From an uncultured Planctomycetota bacterium (GTDB lineage: Bacteria > Planctomycetota > Planctomycetia > Pirellulales > Lacipirellulaceae): 64,000 nt of DNA. Each line of letters opens with the position of its first letter. Within the stretch, counting starts at the first letter, position 1. Shown here piece after piece: positions 22,955-33,291 of this stretch. The stretch lies in assembly GCA_963719315.1 (NCBI GenBank), contig CAVRBU010000017.1, positions 1-64,000 of the forward strand. The letters run 5' to 3'. Position numbers and translations under genes: made by a program. The notes beneath the pieces are model-generated. The model was not told the origin of the DNA. It made no database searches and saw only the letters and a list, made by a program, of their open reading frames with translations.

Positions 22955-23959
22955 CTATTGTCCCGTACCATTGCGGGAGAGCCGCTCCAGGTTTCCCTGG
23001 CGAAAGGCGTCGGCCATCGCCCGGGGCACTTCCGCTTCGGCCAAAAACACGCCGGCCCGGTTAAGCGCCACTTGGGCTTTCATCTCTTGTTCCTTGGCGA
23101 TCGCGTTTGCCCGTCGCTGCTCGGCGAACGCCTGAGCCATGCGGGTATCGGCCTCGGCCTGGTCAGCTTGTAGTCGGGCGCCGATATTCTCGCCGATGTC
23201 GATGTCGGCGATGTCGATCGACACGATTTCAAATGCCGTGTGCGCGTCCAGCCCGCGCTCCAGCACAGCTTTGGAGATGCGGTCCGGGTTCTCCATCACC
23301 TGCAGGTGATCCCCTGCGGACCCGATCGATGTGATGATGCCTTCGCCCACGCGGGCGATGATCGTCTCTTCCGTGGCCCCGCCGATGAGCTGCGAAAGGT
23401 TCGTGCGGACCGTCACCCGCGCCCGCACCAGCAGCTCGACGCCATTCTTCGCCACGGCGCTGAGCGTCGTGCGGCCGGACTTCTCCGGATCGGGGCAATC
23501 GATCACTTTCGGGTAAACGCTGGTTCGCACGGCGTCGAGCACATCGCGACCGGCCAGATCGATTGCCGCGGCTCGATCGAAGTCGAGGTCGATATCCGCG
23601 CGGTGCGCCGCGATGAGCGCGTGAATCACACGTGGCACGTTGCCACCGGCCAGGTAATGCGCCTCCAGCCTTCGCGTGGTGATGCCGGTTTCCGGATCGC
23701 CCCCGACGGCCGCCTGCATCGCCATGATTTTCGCTTCGACGATGGTCCGCGCGTGGACTTGCCGGAGGCTCATGCCGATCAGGCTGAACATGCTGACGTG
23801 GGCGTTCGACATCGTGGCCTGTAGCCACAGCTTTCCGTAGCTGAACATCACGATGACCAAAACGAACGCGGCGATGAGGACTAGCGCGGCGCCGGCCAGA
23901 TACCAGATCGTCCAGTCGCCAGCATCGTCGGCCGCGGGTACGCCGAATCTTTGTGCCAA
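22955..23959 (-). CDS. floA: Flotillin-like protein FloA (UPF0365/YqfA); start uncertain
   Basis: [51 protein letters not shown]. Confidence 0.92.
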   Translation of the reverse strand: MAQRFGVPAADDAGDWTIWYLAGAALVLIAAFVLVIVMFSYGKLWLQATMSNAHVSMFSLIGMSLRQVHARTIVEAKIMAMQAAVGGDPETGITTRRLEAHYLAGGNVPRVIHALIAAHRADIDLDFDRAAAIDLAGRDVLDAVRTSVYPKVIDCPDPEKSGRTTLSAVAKNGVELLVRARVTVRTNLSQLIGGATEETIIARVGEGIITSIGSAGDHLQVMENPDRISKAVLERGLDAHTAFEIVSIDIADIDIGENIGARLQADQAEADTRMAQAFAEQRRANAIAKEQEMKAQVALNRAGVFLAEAEVPRAMADAFRQGNLERLSRNGTGQ

Positions 23960-24232
23960 GAGGGGCGCAAATGGAGTTGCGCCGCACCGCTGGAGAGCAA
24001 ATTCAAATTCATGGTCGAGTTGACTCCTGCCGCCGGGTTCGCTCGGTCTGGCCCCGATCCGCCGGCTCTATCATAACTTACGGCCGATGCACCGAACAGC
24101 CGCGGGCTTTATGATCTTCCCTCTGGCGGGCGGGCCTGGCGGTACTGGAGTCGCATCAAAGCCGCCCCATCGTGTACGTTGGTGTGGCGTGGATGGTCAT
24201 CGCCCGGCAACTTTGCAGGAAAGGAAATAGCC

Positions 24233-24862
24233 ATGAATCAACGCACATTCGCCCCCCTCACGTCAATCGCGCTCTTGCTGCTCGCCGCCCGCGGCGTTTC
24301 AGCAACCGAGACGTATTCGATCGACCCGGACCATACTTCGATCGTGTTCAGCGTGGCCCACGCCGGTTTCAGCTACACCTACGGGATGTTCCGCGAGTCC
24401 TCGGGCAGCTACCAAATCGACAAAACCAACCCTGCCAATTCCCGCTTTCAGTTGGTCATCAAAACGACCAGCCTGTTTACGAACAACGTCAAGCGCGACG
24501 ACCATCTGCGAAGCTCCGACTTCTTTAACGTCCAGCAATACCCAACGATCACGTTCGAGTCGACTCGCTGCAACGTAGCCAATACGCAGGAGGGCGGGAT
24601 CGTGTATCAATTGTTGGGCAACCTCACGATGCACGGCGTGACGAAGCCGATTACCGTGAACCTGCGGATGCTGGGCGAAGGAACGGGGCCTTACGGTGAT
24701 CAACGCACCGGCTTCCTGTGCCAGATGGAACTCAAGCGTACCGACTTCAACATGAACAATTTGCTGGAGAAGAACCTGGTTGGCGACGCGGTCGGCATCA
24801 CGGTCAGCTTTGAGGGAGCGCTGCAAACGCAGTCCGCCGCCGGGACCGCACGGCCGCAGTGA
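24233..24862 (+). CDS. YceI family protein
   Basis: YSIDPDHTSIVFSVAH, RDDHLRSSDFF, GNLTMHGVTK; signal peptide. Confidence 0.93.
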   Translation: MNQRTFAPLTSIALLLLAARGVSATETYSIDPDHTSIVFSVAHAGFSYTYGMFRESSGSYQIDKTNPANSRFQLVIKTTSLFTNNVKRDDHLRSSDFFNVQQYPTITFESTRCNVANTQEGGIVYQLLGNLTMHGVTKPITVNLRMLGEGTGPYGDQRTGFLCQMELKRTDFNMNNLLEKNLVGDAVGITVSFEGALQTQSAAGTARPQ

Positions 24863-24920
24863 GCGGCGATGCAACTGCGACAAAGCGTCCGAATCGCCCA
24901 ATCTTTCGCGCTCGACCGCA

Positions 24921-25805
24921 ATGTTCACCACGACTCTGATCTACGCCGGGCTGCTGCCGCTGGTGGTTGCCGCGTTCACTGCATTCATCGCGCGGCAAAT
25001 GGGAGTTGCGTCTCACGCGACTTGGGCCATCGGCGTGGTGTTCGGCTACATCGCCGCGCAGATCGGCCTGAAGAGCGGGGCAGGGTTGGCTGTGGCGGCT
25101 CGCACGTTTTTTTGGCAGCCCACTGAAGGCGTGGAATGGCTGCCGATCATCGTGCTGCTGGCGCTGGGCGTGAGCCTACTCCCCGTACACGCACCGCCAG
25201 GTCGTTGGCGGCTCGCGTTCGCGTTAGCTGCATTGCTGATAATCGCCGTACCGTTGCGACTGCTCAGCGGCAACGTGGCGCAACAGTGGTCTCTCGTCGA
25301 AAAACGTGCGTACCTGACGTTGCTGGCCGCTACGTTCGGGCTCGTCTGGCTGCTGCTGGCAATCGAGGGCGAGGAGCAGCCAGCGATCGGCCGGTTAGTG
25401 TTTGTGGTCATCGTGGCCGCCGGAGCAGCGGTCGTGGTGACCTTATCCGGAGTGCTCGTCTATGGCCAATTGTGCGGCGCCGTCGCGGCTGCTCTCACCG
25501 GAACCGCACTAGCCTGCGTCCCGGGCGCCACGGGCGCCGCCAGTGCCGACCGCCGACACGCTTTCCACGGTTTTAGCGGCGCGGCCAGCGCCATCACTTT
25601 TACGCTGGTCAGCCTCATCATGCTCGGCCATTTTTTCTCCGCTCTAAGTGCGGTAAATGCGGTGCTGCTGCTAGTTTCGCTGGCTGCCGCTGGGGCGCCG
25701 CTGCCCAAGGCGATCGTGAGCCAACCGCCTTGGCAGCAACTAATGGTCCGAGCAATTGTTTGCCTCATACCTCTCGTAACAGCGATCATTCTCGTTACGC
25801 GTTGA
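24921..25805 (+). CDS. Hypothetical multi-pass membrane protein
   Basis: Many consecutive hydrophobic segments. Confidence 0.7.
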   Translation: MFTTTLIYAGLLPLVVAAFTAFIARQMGVASHATWAIGVVFGYIAAQIGLKSGAGLAVAARTFFWQPTEGVEWLPIIVLLALGVSLLPVHAPPGRWRLAFALAALLIIAVPLRLLSGNVAQQWSLVEKRAYLTLLAATFGLVWLLLAIEGEEQPAIGRLVFVVIVAAGAAVVVTLSGVLVYGQLCGAVAAALTGTALACVPGATGAASADRRHAFHGFSGAASAITFTLVSLIMLGHFFSALSAVNAVLLLVSLAAAGAPLPKAIVSQPPWQQLMVRAIVCLIPLVTAIILVTR

Positions 25806-25859
25806 TCCCGCAGGCCCAAAGGGCCGACAATTATTACTCCAACTGATTGTTGAACATAC

Positions 25860-25988
25860 AAGATCGCCAAGATCGCCAAGGAATTCAGAGAGAAATCAAC
25901 TTGGCATGCAGTTTGACTGTCAGAGTCCGTTACGGCAGTCTCTAGCGTTCTAATCGCAAAAAGGGAAGACTTGGCGTGCTTGGCGGTT
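25860..25988. repeat. Inverted 9-mer tandem arms
   Basis: AAGATCGCCAAGATCGCCAAG (25860-25880) and CTTGGCGTGCTTGGCGGTT (25970-25988). Confidence 0.6.
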
Positions 25989-26196
25989 TTCGCTTTGAGA
26001 TTAGTTGCCAGGGGTGTGGGTCCCGGCTTGCTGTGCGGCTCCGCTTCGTCGCCCGCAAATATCCGCAATAATTCCCGCTATTTCTTGCGATTATTAAGAA
26101 CGCTGGCATTTTTGGGACCATTCGGCGATAATTACCTTGGTCTATTTCCGGTCCCGCGCGCTTGCGCTTCTGAACAGAGTTTACGGAGAAGTACCC

Positions 26197-27309
26197 ATGG
26201 CCATTGCATCTCGTCGTCGCTTGGGATTCACGCTCGTCGAACTGTTGGTCGTGATCACGATCATCGGCATGCTGGTGGCCCTGTTGTTGCCGGCCGTGCA
26301 GGGAGTGCGGGCACGGGCTCGGCAAACACAGTGCATGAATAACCTGAAGCAAATCGCGCTGGCCGCGATCCATCATGACTCGGCCAAAGGTCAGCTACCC
26401 GGTTTCAGCCAATTTGTGAAGCGATCCACGTCCGAATATGCGGACGTCGGTTACGATAACGTCGAACGAAAATTTACCGTGAAGACTACAACAGCTACCA
26501 CTCCTAGTCAGATCGCGAGCGTGGCCGGCTTGAGTTGGGCAGGCGTTCTCACATCGAAGTTGGAGCGCAACGACATTTGGGATGGAATCGTCAATCCGGC
26601 AGACAAGACGATCCCGGTTCCGATGCCGCCCATTGCCACGTTCATATGCCCATCCGATCCTGAAGTGAGTGCATTTCCAGATACCGCCGGACTGAGCTAC
26701 AGCGCCAATTGTGGCGGTTGGGACCGCGGATCTAGCGGCACATTCTTAATACCTACATCCGCAAATCCAAATGTTGGCGATACTGTTGACAACGGTGTGT
26801 TCTTCGACCTCGCCGAATACGAGCGCAACGGTACCAAAGGCCCGAGTGCGAGAATGAGCAATATCAAGGATGGCGCCGGCACGACGCTCATGTTTGCTGA
26901 GAACATCAATAAGACGTATTTTGATCCGAGCAACGCTCCGTTATTCGGCTGGTTGACCGGCCGAGAGCAACAATTGGGAATCGTATGGGTAGTACCCACT
27001 TCCGGAACGGCCCCACAACCGGGCAATTCCATTAACGATCAAGAGCGGATCGGCGGAAACGAATCAGACTTGGTTGATTTTGATTCCAGTTTTCCGCGGT
27101 TCGCCCGCCCGGCGAGCGCCCACGGCAGCGGGGCCAATGTTGCCTTCTGCGACGGCCACAGCATGTACCTTCGCGATGATATCGACTACATCGTGTATGT
27201 GCAGTTGATGACGCCGAACGGTCGCAAGTGCGTAGACCCAGCAAATCACGCCAATAACCTGACGCCCTTCAGGAATGCGCCGCCGTTGGCAGAGAAGGAT
27301 TACGAATAG
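26197..27309 (+). CDS. DUF1559 prepilin-type N-terminal cleavage/methylation protein
   Basis: [62 protein letters not shown] (H-X9-DG). Confidence 0.95.
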   Translation: MAIASRRRLGFTLVELLVVITIIGMLVALLLPAVQGVRARARQTQCMNNLKQIALAAIHHDSAKGQLPGFSQFVKRSTSEYADVGYDNVERKFTVKTTTATTPSQIASVAGLSWAGVLTSKLERNDIWDGIVNPADKTIPVPMPPIATFICPSDPEVSAFPDTAGLSYSANCGGWDRGSSGTFLIPTSANPNVGDTVDNGVFFDLAEYERNGTKGPSARMSNIKDGAGTTLMFAENINKTYFDPSNAPLFGWLTGREQQLGIVWVVPTSGTAPQPGNSINDQERIGGNESDLVDFDSSFPRFARPASAHGSGANVAFCDGHSMYLRDDIDYIVYVQLMTPNGRKCVDPANHANNLTPFRNAPPLAEKDYE

Positions 27310-27409
27310 CGCGCGGCTGAGCACTGTCCATTGCAAAAGTTCTGCCGGTTGAGCCATCCACGAGCCGCGGCGTCTCGAAGCGTTGCGGCTCGTGTTGTAT
27401 GCTGGACGT

Positions 27410-27922
27410 GTGGCGAAACAGGCAAACAAAGCGAAAAAGGCCGCGAAGGGCGGCAAGGCCAAGGCGGACGACAAGAACGAGCGCGTCATCGCCGAGAACC
27501 GCAAGGCCCGGCACAACTACACGGTGCTCGATACGCTCGAGTGCGGCATCATGCTCGTGGGCAGCGAGGTCAAAAGTCTACGCATCGGCGGGCTTTCGCT
27601 GGATGAGGCGTATGGCCGCGTGGATGGGAACGCGGTTTGGTTGGTGGGCGCCAATATTGCGGAGTACCCCTTCTCGCACGCGCTCAACCACGAGCCCAAG
27701 CGCCGCCGCAAGCTGCTGCTGCACATCCGCGAAATCCGCAAGTTCGCCGACCAGGCTACGGAAAAAGGGCTGACGCTCGTGCCGCTCAAGATGTACTTCA
27801 AAGAAGGCCGGGCCAAGGTGCTGCTCGGCATCTGTCGCGGCAAGCAGAAGCAGGACAAGCGGGCCGCGATCAAACAGCGCGATACGAAACGCGAGATCGA
27901 CCGGGCGATGCGGCGAGGGTAG
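27410..27922 (+). CDS. smpB: SsrA-binding protein
   Basis: NRKARHNY, GSEVKSLR, RKLLLH, GKQKQDKR. Confidence 0.97.
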   Translation: MAKQANKAKKAAKGGKAKADDKNERVIAENRKARHNYTVLDTLECGIMLVGSEVKSLRIGGLSLDEAYGRVDGNAVWLVGANIAEYPFSHALNHEPKRRRKLLLHIREIRKFADQATEKGLTLVPLKMYFKEGRAKVLLGICRGKQKQDKRAAIKQRDTKREIDRAMRRG

Positions 27923-27926
27923 GAAA

Positions 27927-28012
27927 AAGGATGCAGGATGCAGGATGCGGGGAGCAGGGACAAGGCATTCGCTGATTTACCCTGCTCCCTGCATCCCGCA
28001 TCCTGCATCCTT
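27927..28012. repeat. (GGATGCA)n heptamer palindrome between convergent genes, possible bidirectional terminator
   Basis: AAGGATGCAGGATGCAGGATGCGGGGAGCAGGG and its near-inverse CCCTGCTCCCTGCATCCCGCATCCTGCATCCTT. Confidence 0.8.
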
Positions 28013-29265
28013 AACGACCACCGCCGCGGCTTGGCCGGTGGCGTTGTGATTGAGTTTCACGAAGACGCACTTGTTGGTGTCCACGAGTTCCGTTGCCACA
28101 TTCACCGGGCATTCTGGATCGGGCGTTTCGTAGTTGAGCGTTGGCGGGACGATGCCGTGCTCCAGCGCGATCACACTCACGGCCAGTTCGACCATGCCGC
28201 TGCCTTGGCCGAGGTTGCCGAAGTAGCTCTTGAGCGCGGTCACTGGCACGTCGCCGAGCGTTGCGCGAATGGCTCGGGCTTCGATTGGATCATCCTCGCG
28301 CGTACTGATGCCGTGCGCGTTCACGTGGCCGATGTCGCCCGCGTTCAAATTGGCCGACGCCAGGGCCGCCTGAATCGCGCGGCGAATCGCGTCGCCCGTC
28401 GGCTGCTGGTGAACGGCCGCCGATTCGGTTCGCGACGCGAAACCGGCCAGGCAGGCCAGCGGCTTGGCGCCGCGGCGCTCGGCGTGTTCGCGGCTTTCGA
28501 GCACGAACTGTGCCGCGCCCTCGCCGCACACCATGCCGCTGCGTTCGGCATCGAACGGCCGGCAAATCTGGGCCGGATCGACTTTGCCATTCATGCACGC
28601 CAGCCGCGCGCCGCGGTGCCACATGAAATCCGACAGGTTGATTCGCGAACCCGTGCCGCCGACGATCATCAGGTCGGCGTGATCGCGGCGAATCACGTCG
28701 GCCGCCTCGCTCAGCGCGAGCAGCGACGACACATCGCCTTCGGCGATCGTGTTGTTCGGTCCACGGGCGTCGTAGCGAATGCCGATGTGGCAGGCCGGCA
28801 TATTCGGCAAGTATTTCAGCATCCACAGCGGATAGAGCTCGCCCATCGCGCTGCGTGACCAGCGGTGAATATCGAAGTCCTCCGCCTTGATCCACTCTAG
28901 AAAAGGGATCCGCAACTCTTCGAGATCGCAGTACATGACGCCGGCCGCGCCACGACGCCGAAACGTTCCGGATCGAGCGTCGCCTCGCCCAGCCCCGCCT
29001 CCTGCCAGGCCATTTCGGCAGCCGCGGATGCCATCTGGATATCGCGCGACATCACCTTGATGCTTTTGCGCGGTTGAATGAGTTCCTTGGGATCGAAGTC
29101 GGAGATTTCGCCGCCGAAAGGCGCGAGCCAGCCGGCCGAAGCCAGGTGGGGCTGCACCCGTACGCCGCTGCGCCGCGCAACGATGGCATCCCACACCGCC
29201 TCGCGCCCGACGCCAATCGGCGAGACGATGCCCAGCCCCGTGATGACAACTTCTCGCTCAGCCAC
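27977..29265 (-). CDS. FabF-like beta-ketoacyl-ACP synthase homolog with non-canonical active site; frameshift ~28950
   Basis: VVITGLGIVSPIG, LPNMPACH, CRPFDAERSG..GEGA, VNAHG. The catalytic Cys position reads EGDVSS and the second His position reads FGNLG. Confidence 0.85.
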
Positions 29266-29312
29266 AATGCGCCCACACGCTTGGCTCAGCCGATTAGGCC
29301 CGAGCAAAAACA

Positions 29313-29471
29313 AAACCACGGAGGCACGGAGAACGCGGAGGATCGACATGGAGATAAGGAGAGGGGGAGACAAGGAGCGTTCTGCGAGTCATCGCTTCTC
29401 CTCGTCTCCTTGTCTCCCGGTCCCCTTGTCTCGATCTTCCGTGAACTCCGTGCCTCCGTGCCTCCGTGTTT
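29313..29471. repeat. Nested tandem-repeat palindrome
   Basis: Outer CACGGAG-type arms and inner GGAGACAA-type arms, each pair inverted. Confidence 0.75.
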
Positions 29472-29646
29472 ACCTAGATAGTCAATTTCAGTGTAGTTCG
29501 TCGCCCGATGGTCTACAACGCGCGGCAAAGCGGCCCAACAAAAACAGGCCATTTTTAGTGCGCGTCGCACGGGCGTGGAGCGGTTTAATTCAGCGAAATC
29601 ATGGCCCAATCGACGAAAATGCGGCTGCGGGAATTCCGAACTTGCT

Positions 29647-30068
29647 CTAGATATACCACATCGGCTCGCGATTGGCCGCCATTTCGATCAAGTCGGCAAG
29701 CGTGGTGTCTTGCAACCGGTCGCGTTGGGCATCGCTCAATTCGCGGCAGAGTTCCAAGAGACGCCGACAAAGGGCGTCCGTTTTCCCGCATTCGTTTGCG
29801 GCCGGTCGGCGCCTTCCATGACCTCCATCACTTCGGCCAGAGAAATCTCCCGCGGTTGCCGGGCGAGACGATATCCACCTGCGGCGCCGCGCGTGCTCGC
29901 CACCAAGCCCGCTCCCTTCAGTTGCAATAAAATCTGCACCAGAAATCGAGAGGGAATTCCTTGCTGATCCGCAATGCGGCGAATTTGGAGCGGCTCCGCG
30001 TTTTCGTACTCCTGCGCCATGTGCAGCAGAGCTAGGCAAGCGTATTCGGTCTTGGCGGAGAGTTTCAT
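29647..30068 (-). CDS. Rrf2 family regulator (CymR-like); frameshift ~29760
   Basis: MKLSAKTEYA, FLVQILLQLK, STRGAAGGYRLA; C-terminus TLADL...MWYI in the other frame; lacks the IscR three-Cys motif; follows cysH. Confidence 0.85.
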
Positions 30069-30138
30069 GGAAGGTCGAGTGTCGAGCGTTTAGAACTGAG
30101 GGTGTGGGCTTCATCCCTAAATAATCAACCCTCAACCG

Positions 30139-31029
30139 CTAAATACCGCTGCCGTCCTGTTCTTTGATCGAGTGCAGGCCGCATTCGGTTTTTTGCATAC
30201 CGCTCCAGCGGCCGGCGCGTTCGTCGGTTTCGCCGGCGGCCACGGCCCGCGTGCATGGCCAGCAGCCGATGCTCGGGTAACCTTGATCGTGGAGGGGGTT
30301 ATAGGGAATGCCTTCGTCGGTGATCCGCTTCCAAACGTCTTTCTTCGTCCAATTGGCGAGCGGGCTGATTTTCACGAGGCCGAACTTCTTGTCCCATCCG
30401 ACCACCGCCGCCTGGGCCCGATCGGCGCTCTGATCGCGGCGGATGCCGCTCATCCAGGCGTGCATGACCTCCGAGGCCCGCGTCAGGGTTTTGATCTTGC
30501 GATCGAAACAGCATTGATTGGGGTTCGTGCGATACAGCGGGCCACCGTTGAGCGCTTCGTATTCGGCGACCGATTTCTCCGGCGCGAGCAGATCGACCTC
30601 GATGCCGTACTTCTCGGCGATTCGATCGCGCAGGTCGAGGGTCTCTTGAAACTGGTAGCCTGTCTCCAAATTGAAGACGTAGGTTTCCGGAGCAATCTGC
30701 GCCAGCATCGCCAGGATAACGCAGCCTTCCGGGCCGAAGGCCGTGGCCATGGTCAGATAGGGTGCATATCGCTCGACGCCCCAGGCGATGATTTCCTCGG
30801 GGCTGGCTGCTTCCAGGTGGCGGCTGGCCGCTTGTAGCTCCTCCAGCAGTTCCGGCGTGGCTGCGAGGCGGCGGAAGTCGGCCGCCGGCTGTGGCAGGCC
30901 GGCAGCGGCCCGCTGGGGCGGCTCTAGTGCGGTGTTCTCAAACGTAACCAGCTTCAACTGGTTGGCAGGCTTGGTCGCGGTCATCAAAGCGTCCAAGGTG
31001 TGGTCAATTCGCCTGGGAATAGCAGACAT
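30139..31029 (-). CDS. cysH: Adenylyl/phosphoadenylyl-sulfate reductase, Fe-S (CC...CxxC) type
   Basis: TAFG, ETGYQFQET, CCFDRK, SGIRRDQS, YNPLHDQGYPSIGCWPCT, RAGRW, ECGLH. Confidence 0.93.
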   Translation of the reverse strand: MSAIPRRIDHTLDALMTATKPANQLKLVTFENTALEPPQRAAAGLPQPAADFRRLAATPELLEELQAASRHLEAASPEEIIAWGVERYAPYLTMATAFGPEGCVILAMLAQIAPETYVFNLETGYQFQETLDLRDRIAEKYGIEVDLLAPEKSVAEYEALNGGPLYRTNPNQCCFDRKIKTLTRASEVMHAWMSGIRRDQSADRAQAAVVGWDKKFGLVKISPLANWTKKDVWKRITDEGIPYNPLHDQGYPSIGCWPCTRAVAAGETDERAGRWSGMQKTECGLHSIKEQDGSGI

Positions 31030-31037
31030 GCGTGACA

Positions 31038-31066
31038 ATCTTACCTAACTTTGTAAACAAAGTCAA
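31038..31066 (-). promoter_or_regulatory. Sigma-70 promoter of cysH-rrf2 with overlapping palindrome
   Basis: TTGACT-N17-TAAGAT on the minus strand; ACTTTGT-AA-ACAAAGT at 31048-31063. Confidence 0.65.
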
Positions 31067-31618
31067 CTATCGGACACATGATATTTATCGGCAAGTAACC
31101 AGTAGCAACCTGAGCACGACCTGGGGGGTTGTACCGATTTTGTGGGCAATCTCCAGGTGGTGACGGGTGGCTCGCCTGTCGCGATTCCCGAGAAATTCGT
31201 GACACCGGCACGAAGGTATTCTCCGGCTAGTTAGGACTTTTTCAAAGCTTGATTTTCAGATGAGCTGCGGCGTTGGCTTTCACTAAGATCGCTTTCATCG
31301 ACTTGCTACGTCGGTGAAGCAAATCTATAAGCTCAAAGTGAAAACTGCCAAATACGTCAAGAGCGCCAAATTCTCACAAATGTCCGCTGATTCCGAATCA
31401 ATGGGAAATAGCAGAGATTATTGTTCCCGCCCTCTTTGTCTTAACTTGGAACTCCTGTAACTGAGAAATTGACGGATGGCGCGTTGGTTGCGTCAAAAAA
31501 CTTTCATCACTATTTGTGGGAGGCGCCTCCGACAAGCGTTTTCGTGACACCCTTTTCCCCCTTTCCTCGTTTCCCGGCGCGGGCGGTGTTCTAATTTGGC
31601 ACCGATCGGACCGGAACT

Positions 31619-31673
31619 TTGTAGCGCGGACTTCAGTCCGTACGAGAATCACGGACTGAAGTCCGTGCTACAA
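31619..31673. repeat. GTAG-type REP doublet (REPIN-like)
   Basis: TTGTAGCGCGGACTTCAGTCCGT ... ACGGACTGAAGTCCGTGCTACAA. Confidence 0.8.
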
Positions 31674-31810
31674 GCTTGTTGTGCCGCAAATTAAGATACC
31701 ACTCCGGCGCGTCGTCGTTCGACGCTTACGGCTCGGCCAATTATCATAAAAGGTTACTGGTTTTCTAACTTCCACGTTTTATCCGTTCGCCACCAAAAGC
31801 TTTATCTGTC

Positions 31811-33148
31811 ATGAAGATCGCAGTTATCGGTACCGGCTACGTCGGACTCGTGACCGGCACCTGTTTCGCCGACAGCGGCAACGATGTCACCTGCGTCGAT
31901 ATCGACCGGGACAAGATCGACCGACTCAACGCGGGTGAAATCCCGATCTACGAGCCGGGCCTTGCCGAGATGGTCCGCGAAAATCAATCGGTCGAGCGGT
32001 TGAACTTCACGACCGATCTTGCCGCCGCCGTCTCGACGGCCGAAGTCGTGTACCTGGCCGTCGGTACGCCGCAAGGCGACAACGGCTCGGCCAACATGAC
32101 GGCGCTCTGGTCGGTCGTCGACGGCATCGCGGCTCATTTACGGGCCGATGCGATTGTCGTCACCAAGAGCACTGTACCCGTCGGTACTTGCAGCAAGATT
32201 TTTGCGCGGCTCAAGGAACGCACTGGCCGTGCATGCGACGTGGCGAGCAACCCCGAGTTCTTGAAAGAAGGCTCGGCCATCGAAGACTTCATAAAGCCCG
32301 ACCGAGTCGTGATCGGCGTGCGTCGCGAAGAAGTCGGCGAAGTTTTACGCGAACTTTACAAACCATTCCTCCGCACCGAAAAGCCGTTTCTGCAAATGTC
32401 GCCCGAGAGCGCCGAGCTCACCAAGTACGTCGCCAACGCGCTGCTTTCCACCAAGATCAGCTTCATCAACGAGATGGCCAACCTGTGCGAACGGATGCAC
32501 GCCGACATCAACGATGTCCGCCGCGGCATCGGCCACGATAGCCGCATCGGCTTCGCGTTCCTGTTCCCCGGCGTCGGCTACGGCGGCAGTTGCTTCCCGA
32601 AAGATGTGCGGGCGCTCGTGCGGATGGCCGAGGACCACGGCGTCGAACCGAAAATGATGCGGGCGGTAGACGCGGTCAACGAATCTCAAAAACGCGTTTT
32701 CATCGAGAAGCTCGCTGCACACTTTGATGGCAAACTGCGCGGCAAAACAGTCGCGATCTGGGGCCTGGCGTTCAAGCCCCGAACCGACGACATCCGCGAG
32801 GCCCCGGCGCTGGTACTCATCGATTGGCTGTTGCAGCAGGGAGCATTCGTGCAAGTCCACGACCCAGAAGCGATGGACAACGTCCGCCAGCAGTACGGTG
32901 ACAAACTCACCTACTGTGCCAAACCCATGCACGCCCTCGACGGGGCGGACGCCCTGGCCATCATGACCGAGTGGGGAGATTACCAGCGGCCGGAGTTCAA
33001 AGCCATGTTCCAGCGGATGACCGCTCCCGTCATCTTCGACGGCCGCAACCTGTACGAACCCTGGGCGATGGAGCGGTTGGGCTTCACCTACCACAGCATA
33101 GGCCGCCGACCCGTGGGAGGAAGCGACAAGGAGACAGGGAGAGAATGA
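31811..33148 (+). CDS. ugd: UDP-glucose 6-dehydrogenase
   Basis: [44 protein letters not shown]. Confidence 0.95.
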   Translation: MKIAVIGTGYVGLVTGTCFADSGNDVTCVDIDRDKIDRLNAGEIPIYEPGLAEMVRENQSVERLNFTTDLAAAVSTAEVVYLAVGTPQGDNGSANMTALWSVVDGIAAHLRADAIVVTKSTVPVGTCSKIFARLKERTGRACDVASNPEFLKEGSAIEDFIKPDRVVIGVRREEVGEVLRELYKPFLRTEKPFLQMSPESAELTKYVANALLSTKISFINEMANLCERMHADINDVRRGIGHDSRIGFAFLFPGVGYGGSCFPKDVRALVRMAEDHGVEPKMMRAVDAVNESQKRVFIEKLAAHFDGKLRGKTVAIWGLAFKPRTDDIREAPALVLIDWLLQQGAFVQVHDPEAMDNVRQQYGDKLTYCAKPMHALDGADALAIMTEWGDYQRPEFKAMFQRMTAPVIFDGRNLYEPWAMERLGFTYHSIGRRPVGGSDKETGRE

Positions 33149-33208
33149 AACAACGAGACACAATGACTTGTATTTCTCCTTGTCTCCCCCTCTCCTTGTC
33201 TCCTTGTC
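33125..33208. repeat. (GGAGACAA)-type tandem-repeat palindrome overlapping the ugd 3' end
   Basis: GACAAGGAGACAGGGAGAG and inverse TCTCCTTGTCTCCCCCTCTCCTTGTCTCCTTGTC. Confidence 0.7.
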
Positions 33209-33291
33209 TAAAGTGCCTCTAGGGAACGATATCCACCGTTTTCTTGACCTAACTTTAGCCACCGCCTACTCTTAAAGGTGAGAAAGAGGCC

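Noticed and set aside
25901..25917. Possible sigma-54 promoter TTGGCATGCAGTTTGA upstream of the DUF1559 gene
   Set aside because: The -12 element is GA rather than GC, and it lies between repeat arms.
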